Origin: Minisyncoccia bacterium
Lineage (GTDB): Bacteria > Patescibacteriota > Minisyncoccia > UBA6257 > GWB1-50-10
Direction: 5' to 3'
Assembly (NCBI GenBank): GCA_049997815.1
Contig: JBEKVQ010000006.1
Location: 2,613-66,612 of the forward strand
Length of the DNA stretch: 64,000 nt
The notes under the pieces are model-generated. The model was not told where the DNA came from. It searched no databases and worked only from the letters and a program-made list of their open reading frames with translations. Both the position numbers and the translations under genes were made by a program. This document shows, one piece after another, positions 36,994-45,694 of this stretch (position 1 is its first letter; every line of letters begins with the position of its first letter).

Positions 36994-38771
36994 ACTCCGA
37001 AACTAAAACCTGTAAAAACTGTAGCTCGTCCTTCGTCATTGAACCGGACGACCTTACTTTTTACGAGCGGATAAAAGTTCCGCCACCGACTTTCTGCCCG
37101 GAGTGCCGAAGCCAGCGGAGGCTTTCATGGCGGAACGACATGAATTTGTACACCCGTCCCTGTGATTCGTGCGGGAAGAGGATGGTTTCTCTTTATTCTC
37201 CGGATTCCGGGATGACGGTCTATTGCGTGAAATGCTGGTGGAGCGATAAATGGAACCCGAAGGATTATGCAATGGAATATGATTTTTCTAAGCCGTTCCT
37301 CAGGCAATTCGACGAATTGCAGAAAAAGGTGCCAATACTCGCGCTTGCGAACGATGACGGTCTCGTCGGAGGAAGCGTGAATTGTGAATACAATCATGAC
37401 TTTGCCCGAGCGAAGAATTGCTACATGGTTTTCGTGGCCTGGAAGCTCCAGGATTCCATGTACAGTCACTATATCGTTGACAGCAAGGGGATGGTGGATT
37501 GTTTGAGCAGCTGGGACGAGTCCGATTCGGTTTATGAGGGAATATTCGCCGAGAGGTGCTATAAATGCTGGTACGTTTTTTACTCCGTCGCTCTTTCGGA
37601 TTGCGCATTTTGCCTGGATTCTAGGGATTCTTCCGATTGCTTCATGTGCACCGGCTTGCGCCACAAGCGGTATTACTTCAAGAACAGGCCATATTCCAAG
37701 GAGGAATACGAAAAAATCCTGGCCGATTACAAACTCGATACGTATAGTGGCGTGGAACGGGCCAAGGAGGAATTTAGGGAGATGCTCTATTTGAAGCCGC
37801 GCAAATTTTCCATACTGCGCAACACCGTAAATTCAACCGGGGATTATCTGACCAATTGTAAAAATTGCCGAGACTGTTTTTTGGTCCAGCGCGGAGAGAA
37901 CCTTCGGTATGTAGAGAGCTCGGATACGCCCGTGGACTCTTACGATCTAAGCACGGGAGGAGAATTGCAGTATTGCTATGAAGGAATTACGCCGGACCAC
38001 TCGTATATGGGCCGATTTGAAATATTTTCGTGGAAGAATACGGATGTTTTTTATCTGGACGGCTGCCATTCCTGCAAGGATGTTTTTGGGTGTTGCGGGC
38101 TCAAAAAAGCGCAGTATTGTATTTTGAATAAGCAGTACACGAAAGAGGAGTACGAAAAAATTTTGCCTAAGGTCATAGAGCACATGAATGCGATGCCGTA
38201 TAAGGACAAAAACGGCGTGGAATACCGCTTCGGCGAGTTTTTCCCCGCAGAGTTGTCTTACTTCGGTTATAACGAAAGCGTTGCCCAAGAACGGATTCCG
38301 CTAAGTCGCGAACAGGCGCTCGCCAGCCATTTTAACTGGCGGGACAAGTTACAGCTGACGACCGGCCAGGAGACAGTCAAGACAGAAAATTTGCCCGATT
38401 CCATAGATGACGTAAAGGATTCCATATTGAATGAGGTTCTGGCCTGCATTGGATGCAAAAGGAATTACCGTATTGTTCTTCAGGAATTGCAATTTTACCG
38501 GCGAATGAAGATCCCTTTGCCCCGAAAATGTTTCTATTGTAGGCATCAGGCTCGCGTGAATTTTCGGAATCCCTTCAAGCTTTGGCACCGGAAATGCGCC
38601 TGCGTGGGTTCGACAAGCTCACCACAGGCTGGTCCCGGCTTTGTTTATCAAAATACAGTGAAGCATTTCCATGGCGATAAGGAATGCCCCAATGAATTTG
38701 AGACCTCATACGCGCCTGAGCGGAAAGAGGTGGTATATTGCGAGCAGTGTTATAATTCAGAAATCGTATGA
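36990..38771 (+). CDS. Cys-rich zinc-ribbon repeat protein, family copy 11 (~593 aa)
   Basis: ATGA overlap. N-term MNSETKTCKNCSSSFVIEPDDLTFYERIKVPPPTFCPECR. C-term NEFETSYAPERKEVVYCEQCYNSEIV. The upstream part of the long ORF call (from 36906) overlaps copy 10 and is rejected. Confidence 0.7.
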   Translation: MNSETKTCKNCSSSFVIEPDDLTFYERIKVPPPTFCPECRSQRRLSWRNDMNLYTRPCDSCGKRMVSLYSPDSGMTVYCVKCWWSDKWNPKDYAMEYDFSKPFLRQFDELQKKVPILALANDDGLVGGSVNCEYNHDFARAKNCYMVFVAWKLQDSMYSHYIVDSKGMVDCLSSWDESDSVYEGIFAERCYKCWYVFYSVALSDCAFCLDSRDSSDCFMCTGLRHKRYYFKNRPYSKEEYEKILADYKLDTYSGVERAKEEFREMLYLKPRKFSILRNTVNSTGDYLTNCKNCRDCFLVQRGENLRYVESSDTPVDSYDLSTGGELQYCYEGITPDHSYMGRFEIFSWKNTDVFYLDGCHSCKDVFGCCGLKKAQYCILNKQYTKEEYEKILPKVIEHMNAMPYKDKNGVEYRFGEFFPAELSYFGYNESVAQERIPLSREQALASHFNWRDKLQLTTGQETVKTENLPDSIDDVKDSILNEVLACIGCKRNYRIVLQELQFYRRMKIPLPRKCFYCRHQARVNFRNPFKLWHRKCACVGSTSSPQAGPGFVYQNTVKHFHGDKECPNEFETSYAPERKEVVYCEQCYNSEIV

Positions 38772-40555
38772 ATCCGGAAGCCAAAACCTGCCAAAATTGC
38801 AAGCAAAATTTCACGATTGAACCGGACGATTTTGCGTTCTACGAGAAAATCCACGTTCCACCGCCGACTTTCTGTCCGGAGTGCCGGATGCAAAGAAGGT
38901 TGATTTGGCGGAACGAACGGACGCTTTATAAGCGCAAGTGCGACGCGCCGGGACACTCCGAAGACATCATTTCGATGTATTCACCGGAGCAAACGTTTCC
39001 CATATACGATCATGCTTATTGGTACGGCGACGGTTGGGATTCCGGAAGCTACGGCCGGGATTACGATTTCTCGAAGCCGTTCTTTCCTCAGTTTAAGGAG
39101 TTGCTTCACGCGGTGCCCCACGTAACGCTTTTCGACAGTAAATCGGTCAATTCCAATTACTGCAACATCGTCGTGGAACAGAAGAATTGCTATCTCGTGA
39201 GCGCCGGCTGGGGGAATGAGGACTCCTTATACAGTAACCGCATTGCTTATTGCAAGGACACGGTTGATTCGTACGTTTGCCACAAGACCGAATTCGGATA
39301 CGAGAACGTCTATTGCAAGGAATCGAACCGGCTTATCTTCAGTTTGAGGAGCGAAGGATGCGTCGATTCTTATTTCCTTTACGATTGCCGGAATTGCTCC
39401 GATTGCATCGGGTGCGCGAATTTGAGGAATAAGAAATACTGCATCTTCAACCAGCAGTACACGAAGGAGGAATATCAGAAAAAGGCGTCGGAAATGAATC
39501 TCGGAAGTTACAGATCTCTTTTGGAACTCTCGGCTAAGTTCGAAAAAATACGGCTAAACGCCGTGAGCCGTTTCGCTTCTCTTTATAACACCCAAAACGT
39601 CATCGGGGACAACATCGAAGATTCGAGGAATTGCTATTACTGCTTCGACCTTGACGGCGACGCGGAAAATTCCAAATATTGCCACTGGTCCACGAGGGGA
39701 TTACGCGACTGCTATGATTCTGGGCCCGGCGCCGGCGGAAATTCAGAGTTGCTTTATGAAGGCATCAGCATCGGCGTGGTGAACTCAAGATGCAAGCTGG
39801 GCGTCATCGTGTGGTACTCGCACGATATGGAGTACTGCTACAATTGCCAGGATTCCCATGACCTCTTCGGCTGTGTCGGCATGCGCAAGAAAGAATACTG
39901 CGTTTTCAATAAACAATATTCGAAGGAGGAGTACGAAAAATTGGTATCGAAGATAAAGAAACAAATGGATAATGTGCCCTATGTCGATTCTAGAGGAAGA
40001 ATTTACAAATACGGCGAATTTTTCCCGCCGGACATAAGCCCGTTCACCTATAATGAAACCGTCGCCCAGGACTACATGCCGCTCACGAAAGATGGCGCTT
40101 TAAAGGGCGGATATAAATGGCGGGAGATGGAGAGCCGTGGCCACAAACCCACCATTTCTTCCGCTGACCTGCCGGATACTATTCAGGACGTTCCCGATTC
40201 AATAACCAAAGAAACCATAGGTTGCGCTCACGAAGGCAAGTGCAATGACCAGTGCACTGTCGCCTTCAGGATTATTTCGGAGGAATTGGCATTTTATCGC
40301 CGAATGAATCTTCCCTTGCCTCATCTATGTCCCAATTGCCGCCATTATCAGAGGCTGGCGGAAAGGAATCCCCTGAAGCTGTGGCATCGTAAGTGCCAGT
40401 GTGCCGGAACCGGCTCGGAAAACGGAATGTATAAAAATACCGTTCAGCACCAGCACGGAGATGGCCATTGCCCGAACGAATTTGAAACATCTTACGCTCC
40501 GGACCGCAAGGAAATCGTCTACTGCGAAAATTGCTACAATAGCGAAGTGGTATAA
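38768..40555 (+). CDS. Cys-rich zinc-ribbon repeat protein, family copy 12 (595 aa)
   Basis: ATGA overlap. N-term MNPEAKTCQNCKQNFTIEPDDFAFYEKIHVPPPTFCPECR. C-term NEFETSYAPDRKEIVYCENCYNSEVV. Confidence 0.7.
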   Translation: MNPEAKTCQNCKQNFTIEPDDFAFYEKIHVPPPTFCPECRMQRRLIWRNERTLYKRKCDAPGHSEDIISMYSPEQTFPIYDHAYWYGDGWDSGSYGRDYDFSKPFFPQFKELLHAVPHVTLFDSKSVNSNYCNIVVEQKNCYLVSAGWGNEDSLYSNRIAYCKDTVDSYVCHKTEFGYENVYCKESNRLIFSLRSEGCVDSYFLYDCRNCSDCIGCANLRNKKYCIFNQQYTKEEYQKKASEMNLGSYRSLLELSAKFEKIRLNAVSRFASLYNTQNVIGDNIEDSRNCYYCFDLDGDAENSKYCHWSTRGLRDCYDSGPGAGGNSELLYEGISIGVVNSRCKLGVIVWYSHDMEYCYNCQDSHDLFGCVGMRKKEYCVFNKQYSKEEYEKLVSKIKKQMDNVPYVDSRGRIYKYGEFFPPDISPFTYNETVAQDYMPLTKDGALKGGYKWREMESRGHKPTISSADLPDTIQDVPDSITKETIGCAHEGKCNDQCTVAFRIISEELAFYRRMNLPLPHLCPNCRHYQRLAERNPLKLWHRKCQCAGTGSENGMYKNTVQHQHGDGHCPNEFETSYAPDRKEIVYCENCYNSEVV

Positions 40556-40562
40556 TCCATTA

Positions 40563-41015
40563 ATGACTCAAGAACTTAACAGAAACACGAAGATTTGGCT
40601 CACGGTCGCGAGAATAGCGCTGGGCTGGTTTTTCTTTTATGCCGGGCTCGTAAAGATACTGGACGCTAATTGGAGCGCCGCCGGATTCCTGAACGGCGCG
40701 AAGACGTTTCATGGTTTATACGCCTGGTTTGCCGCTCCGAACGTCATCGGAATCGTGAATCTTCTGAATGAATGGGGGCTTTTGCTTTTGGGAGCATCTC
40801 TCATACTGGGGCTCTTCGTGCGGTGGAGCACGATTCCCGGAGTTCTTTTAATGCTTCTTTATTATTTCGCCAGCAACGCCTTTCCTTTCGTCTCCAACGG
40901 ATTCATCGTGGACGACCATATTATCTTCATCGCGCTGCTTGTGCTGTTTTTCGTAACTCACGACGGGTATTACTTCGGTTTGGACGAAAAATTCGGCAAG
41001 AAGATTTCCCAATGA
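40563..41015 (+). CDS. DoxX-family membrane protein
   Basis: Start at MTQELN. LTVARIALGWFFFYAGLVKI is a DoxX-like first TM motif. Four TM helices. Confidence 0.55.
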   Translation: MTQELNRNTKIWLTVARIALGWFFFYAGLVKILDANWSAAGFLNGAKTFHGLYAWFAAPNVIGIVNLLNEWGLLLLGASLILGLFVRWSTIPGVLLMLLYYFASNAFPFVSNGFIVDDHIIFIALLVLFFVTHDGYYFGLDEKFGKKISQ

Positions 41016-41473
41016 GCGGTTTCGCGAAGAAGATAATCGTTGTTTTTCTATTGCTTAGCGTTCTGGGGCTGATCGATGCTTCATATCTTACGATTGAACA
41101 CTACCGCGACGCTTCCGTCGTCTGTTTTCTGGTAAATACATGCGACAAGGTGCTCCAAAGCTCATATGCCACGCTCGGAGCCATCCCGGTCTCGCTTTTC
41201 GGCGTTATATACTATTTGGGAATATTCCTGCTTTCACTCGTTTCGCTTATAAAAAAGAATGAGAGGCTGTTTTTCACAACCTCCCTCTTGACCGTATTCG
41301 GATTTATTGCGTCCCTGTGGTTTCTCTACGTCCAGCTTTTCATCATCCATTCCCTTTGTTTTTATTGCCTCTTCTCGGCTCTCGATTCGATAATTCTTTT
41401 TATCTTAGGGCTTACGTTCTCACTTAGATTCAACCCGGGAAGCAGTTCCCAATCGCTTCGAAAAGATAAGTAA
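41012..41473 (+). CDS. Vitamin K epoxide reductase (VKOR) family protein, disulfide-generating membrane enzyme
   Basis: Loop cysteine pair VVCFLVNTC. Intramembrane CxxC HSLCFYCLFSA. ATGA overlap with doxX. Confidence 0.65.
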   Translation: MSGFAKKIIVVFLLLSVLGLIDASYLTIEHYRDASVVCFLVNTCDKVLQSSYATLGAIPVSLFGVIYYLGIFLLSLVSLIKKNERLFFTTSLLTVFGFIASLWFLYVQLFIIHSLCFYCLFSALDSIILFILGLTFSLRFNPGSSSQSLRKDK

Positions 41474-42637
41474 AAGAATCGCCGCGAGTCCCGCCATGGC
41501 GGCGCCGAAATAGAACGGAACCTGCGGTCCGAAGCGGTCCCACAGAAATCCCGCGAAGAAACTCGCCGGGAGCGCCGCGATGCCGACAGCGGTCCCATAC
41601 AGTCCGAAAGCCCGGCCCCGGTGCCCGGCTCCGACGATGTCCGTTAAAAGCGCTCTCGCGACGCCTTCACTCGTGGCATAATAAATTCCGTAGAAAGCGT
41701 AGAGAATCCAGATCATGTAAGGATTCGAGGCGAAGCCAAATCCAAGATAGACCAGGACGAAGGCCAGCCATCCGATGAGCATGGTCGGAATGCGCCCGAT
41801 GCGGTCGGAGAGGGAACCGAATGGAACGGCGGCAAGAGCGTAGACCAAGTTGAAGAGGGCGATGACGAGCGGAATATCCAAAAGAGTGATGCCGATATTC
41901 CTCGCGCGGAGAATGAGGAACGCATCCGATGAATTTCCGAGCGTAAAGATGATGACGATGGTGAGGAAGAGATAAAACGTGGAAGACAGTTTCTCCCGCG
42001 ATCGGGGAATAGCGGCGGCATCGGCGGAAACCTTGGGCGCTTCCCTGACCTTATAGACAAGTACGCCCAGGGTGAATATAAGCGGAACAGCGGTGAAGAG
42101 GAGGATATTGTGATAAAGAGTCGGACTGTCTTTGAAGATATAAAGAAGCCCGAATAGCAGGAGCGGACCGGCCACCGAGCCCAGGGTGTCCAGCATCCGG
42201 GCTATGCCGAAGCTTCTGCCGCGGACATCTTTCCCGGCCGAGCCGGCGATAAGAACGTCCTTAGGCGGGTCTTTAATGCCCTTGCCGGCGCCATCCAGGA
42301 GCCGGAGCCCTATAACGGCCGTAGCCGATGTAAAGAGAACCAGGAGCGGCCGGCCGACCATGGAAAGAAAATACCCCAGGAAGATGAGGGGCTTTTGCTT
42401 CTTGAACTTGTCGGAAATAAAGCCGGAAACGACCTTAAAAACGTTCACACTTGCCGTCACAATGCCCTCGGCGATGCCGACGAAGGCCTTGTCGAAGCCG
42501 AGGACCGAAGTCAGATAGATGGGGAGGATGGGAGCGAAGATGTCCTGGCTGATTCCGCCGAAGAAGCTAAGGAGGCCGACGAAGAAAACATTTCTGTTCT
42601 TTGGGGTCTCGGGAGGGTTTTTCGTTTCTGGTTCCAT
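41420..42637 (-). CDS. Major facilitator superfamily (MFS) transporter
   Basis: About 12 TM helices. MFS-type GxxxDRxGRR-like loop LSDRIGRIPTM. Confidence 0.7.
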   Translation of the reverse strand: MEPETKNPPETPKNRNVFFVGLLSFFGGISQDIFAPILPIYLTSVLGFDKAFVGIAEGIVTASVNVFKVVSGFISDKFKKQKPLIFLGYFLSMVGRPLLVLFTSATAVIGLRLLDGAGKGIKDPPKDVLIAGSAGKDVRGRSFGIARMLDTLGSVAGPLLLFGLLYIFKDSPTLYHNILLFTAVPLIFTLGVLVYKVREAPKVSADAAAIPRSREKLSSTFYLFLTIVIIFTLGNSSDAFLILRARNIGITLLDIPLVIALFNLVYALAAVPFGSLSDRIGRIPTMLIGWLAFVLVYLGFGFASNPYMIWILYAFYGIYYATSEGVARALLTDIVGAGHRGRAFGLYGTAVGIAALPASFFAGFLWDRFGPQVPFYFGAAMAGLAAILLLIFSKRLGTASRVESK

Positions 42638-42706
42638 ATATTTATATTACCATTTGGAATTACGGCTTATTTGACCAAAGGGGATGGTTGGATTTTAATG
42701 GTTATA

Positions 42707-44494
42707 ATGACCTCTTCGGAGATTAGGCAAAAATTCCTGAAGTTTTTTGAAAAAAAAGGGCACACGATAATTCCTTCGGCTTCACTCATCCCCGAGAATG
42801 ACCCGACGGTTCTTTTCACGACCGCCGGCATGCATCCATTAGTGCCGTTCCTACTGGGTGAAGTTCATCCCGGCGGGAAGCGCGTTGCGTCCGTTCAGAG
42901 ATGCATTCGAACGGGCGACATCGACGAGGTCGGCGACGAGGTACATCTTACGTTTTTCGAGATGCTCGGGAATTGGTCGTTCGGAGATTATTGGAAAGAA
43001 GACGCGATTAAATGGAGTTTCGAATTCCTCACCAAGGAGTTGAAACTCCCGATTAGTAAACTGGCAATATCGTGTTTTGCTGGCGATAAAGATGCGCCTC
43101 GCGACGATGAATCCGCGAAGATTTGGGAGTCGCTCGGTATTACCAAAGAACGCATTTATTTCCTTTCAAAGAAAGACAACTGGTGGGGTCCGGCGGGCGA
43201 GACCGGACCGTGCGGCCCGGACACCGAAATGTTCTACTGGACCGGCGATGGCGAACCAGAACTTCTTACAACGGGGGATAATAAGGAAAAATGGGTTGAG
43301 ATTTGGAACGATGTGTTCATGCAATACAATAAGCGCGCTCCCGGCGCTTTCGAGCCGCTTAAACAAAAGAACGTTGATACCGGAATGGGACTTGAGCGCA
43401 CTGTCGCGGTATTGAATGGCTGCGATGTGTACCAAATAGATATATTTAAACCGATCATCGAAGAAATTGAGAAGTTATCGGGCAAAAAATATGATTTCAA
43501 AAAAGGAGCTTTAGGATACGAAGAAATGCCTGAATGCTGGGCTCTGGATATGCGGTCAATGAGAATCATTGCCGACCATATCCGCGCAGCGACGTTCATC
43601 CTCGGAGACGAGCGGGGGGTACTCCCGTCGAATGTGGGGCAGGGATATGTGCTCCGCCGGCTTATTCGCCGAGCAGCCCGATACGGAAAAGTGCTTGGCA
43701 TTAAAGTGTCGCCGTTCTCGACGGAAATCGCCTCAAAAGTGATCAAGATATATCCGGAACTCAAGAAAAATCAGGCGCAAATTTTGGCCGGGCTTGCGGA
43801 GGAAGAAAAGAAATTTGCCGTCGCTCTTGAAAAGGGGCTCAGGGAGTTCGAAAGATTCACGAAAGTAGACGGCAAAATAGCCTTCGATTTATATCAGTCT
43901 TTCGGGTTCCCAATCGAATTGACGGAGGAGCTTTCCCGCGAGCGCGGTTTTAAAATCGATAAGAAGGTTTTTGAAGAAGAGTTCCGAAAGCACCAGGAGC
44001 TTTCCCGTACCGCTTCGGCGGGTCAATTCAAGGGCGGGCTGGCCGACAGTTCGGAACAGGTGGTAAAACTCCATACCGCGACGCATCTCTTGCATCAGGC
44101 ATTGATCGACGTGCTTGGCGGGACGGTTGACCAGAAAGGGTCAAACATCACTGCCGAGCGTTTGCGTTTCGACTTTGTATGCCCAAGAAAAATGACGCCC
44201 GAAGAGGTTAAGAAAACGGAAGAAATCGTGAACAAAAAAATAAAAGAAGATTTGCCGGTTCACTTCGAATTGCTCGCGGTTCACGAGGCGAAGGCGAAAG
44301 GAGCCATCGGCGTCTTCGACGACAAGTACGCCCAAATCGGCGGCAAGGTGAAGGTTTATTTCGTGGGAAATTATTCGAAAGAAATTTGTGGCGGGCCGCA
44401 CGTGGCCCATACGGGCGAAATCGGGAAGTTCAAAATCACGAAAGAAGAGCCGGTCGCGGCCGGAATCCGGAGAATTCGGGCCACCATTGGGTAG
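42707..44494 (+). CDS. alaS: Alanyl-tRNA synthetase, compact form lacking the C-terminal C-Ala domain (595 aa)
   Basis: N-term MTSSEIRQKFLKFFEKKGHTIIPSASLIPENDPTVLFTTAGM. Editing-domain HxxxH (TATHLLHQAL) and CGGPHVAHTGEIG motifs. Ends right after the editing domain. Confidence 0.85.
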   Translation: MTSSEIRQKFLKFFEKKGHTIIPSASLIPENDPTVLFTTAGMHPLVPFLLGEVHPGGKRVASVQRCIRTGDIDEVGDEVHLTFFEMLGNWSFGDYWKEDAIKWSFEFLTKELKLPISKLAISCFAGDKDAPRDDESAKIWESLGITKERIYFLSKKDNWWGPAGETGPCGPDTEMFYWTGDGEPELLTTGDNKEKWVEIWNDVFMQYNKRAPGAFEPLKQKNVDTGMGLERTVAVLNGCDVYQIDIFKPIIEEIEKLSGKKYDFKKGALGYEEMPECWALDMRSMRIIADHIRAATFILGDERGVLPSNVGQGYVLRRLIRRAARYGKVLGIKVSPFSTEIASKVIKIYPELKKNQAQILAGLAEEEKKFAVALEKGLREFERFTKVDGKIAFDLYQSFGFPIELTEELSRERGFKIDKKVFEEEFRKHQELSRTASAGQFKGGLADSSEQVVKLHTATHLLHQALIDVLGGTVDQKGSNITAERLRFDFVCPRKMTPEEVKKTEEIVNKKIKEDLPVHFELLAVHEAKAKGAIGVFDDKYAQIGGKVKVYFVGNYSKEICGGPHVAHTGEIGKFKITKEEPVAAGIRRIRATIG

Positions 44495-44510
44495 TGGTAT
44501 ACTGAGATTA

Positions 44511-45662
44511 ATGCCCGAGAAATTTTGGGACTTTTTGAATAAATTCTGGAACGGTCACCGGGAAAATTTTCTAATCGTTGAACAAAGGAACGGCGGTTGC
44601 GAGGTAACACTTGCTTCGCGGAATCTGAAGAAGAAAGAGCTCGTTATTAAGAAGAGATTTTCTTTGAAGAATCTCGAGGATTTGCGCCGCCCGCTCCAAA
44701 TGCTCGACAGAATAGTTTTTTCGTTCGGGAGCCGGAGTGCGACGACCGCGGAGAGCATCATTGCGTTAAAACGTTCCCGGCCGGATGACGTGATAAACGA
44801 AGGCGAGATGGACCAGCTCATCTATCAGGTCTTTTGGAATTTTCTGAACCGCCATCGTAGTTTGGCGGCGAAAAAAATGGGGACGACCGGCGAGAACCTG
44901 GTATTGGCTTACGTTCAGGTACGGGAGGTTTATCTGGGGAACAACCGGATATTCAATCCCATCGGTTTTAAGGGCGGGGAGTTGAGCATGAGATTGCGCG
45001 GGACGTTCGTTCCAAGAGAAGTTCTTCCGGCGCTGGAACGTTTCAAGGAGTGGGGAGAAATATTCGTTTTTGAATCGGGCAGCATTCTGACCTCGGTCCT
45101 GCCAGAAGGCGACAACTTGCTCGTCAATGTCGGCGAAGAAGCAACGACGGTTTTTAAATCGGCCGAAGGAGAAGAGGTGTTTTGCACATCCGAAGATTGG
45201 GGGACGAATTTGTTTGTAAAAAGCGCGGCCTTTGATCTGGGGGTAGATGAATTAACGGCTCATTCGATCGTCGATTGGTATTTTGAAAATAAGGTTTCGG
45301 CCCACGTGAGGAGGTATTTGGAAACGAGATTTAGCAAGGATTTCCAGAAACTGGCCGAATGGCTCAAATCGGTCAAGAAAAAATCGGGTATGAGCCGGCC
45401 GAAGCTCAATTTTAGCTTTCGGTACGGGCTAATGGCCTCAAGCGGTTATCTGAAGAAATTGGGTGGGGTGGCGGTGAGGATAGACGAAGAATTGGCGCGC
45501 CGGGAGGTCGTTTTGAAGAGTAGGCGAGGGGTCGCGGACTTCGAACCGCCGGCTGAGCAAGAAACGCTCGCGCTTTTGACCTTCGAATACGCGTTGCCCA
45601 AGTTTGATTTCTTAAACCAGCTTTTGAAGCGGCGCGTGCGTTGGCTTATACCAAACTTCTAA
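44511..45662 (+). CDS. Hypothetical protein (383 aa)
   Basis: ORF with start at MPEKFW just downstream of the alaS stop. No confident motif. Confidence 0.35.
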   Translation: MPEKFWDFLNKFWNGHRENFLIVEQRNGGCEVTLASRNLKKKELVIKKRFSLKNLEDLRRPLQMLDRIVFSFGSRSATTAESIIALKRSRPDDVINEGEMDQLIYQVFWNFLNRHRSLAAKKMGTTGENLVLAYVQVREVYLGNNRIFNPIGFKGGELSMRLRGTFVPREVLPALERFKEWGEIFVFESGSILTSVLPEGDNLLVNVGEEATTVFKSAEGEEVFCTSEDWGTNLFVKSAAFDLGVDELTAHSIVDWYFENKVSAHVRRYLETRFSKDFQKLAEWLKSVKKKSGMSRPKLNFSFRYGLMASSGYLKKLGGVAVRIDEELARREVVLKSRRGVADFEPPAEQETLALLTFEYALPKFDFLNQLLKRRVRWLIPNF

Positions 45663-45694
45663 ATTATAATTTAGGTTAGGATTACTAAAGACTT

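Noticed and set aside
18-40555. Possibility that the recurring ~1.8 kb units are a CRISPR array or IS elements
   Set aside because: The units are protein-coding paralogs and diverge at the DNA level. There are no short 25-40 bp identical repeats with spacers, and no transposase or inverted terminal repeats.
38768-40555. 4Fe-4S ferredoxin-like or DnaJ-type zinc-finger assignment for the Cys repeats
   Set aside because: The spacing here is CX2CX2CX2C or CX2CXGC. It does not match the ferredoxin CX2CX2CX3CP or the DnaJ CXXCXGXG x4 arrangement.
42395-42706. Upstream extension of alaS ORF (start 42395)
   Set aside because: It overlaps the convergent MFS transporter gene. The conserved AlaRS N-terminus begins at MTSSEIRQKF (42707).
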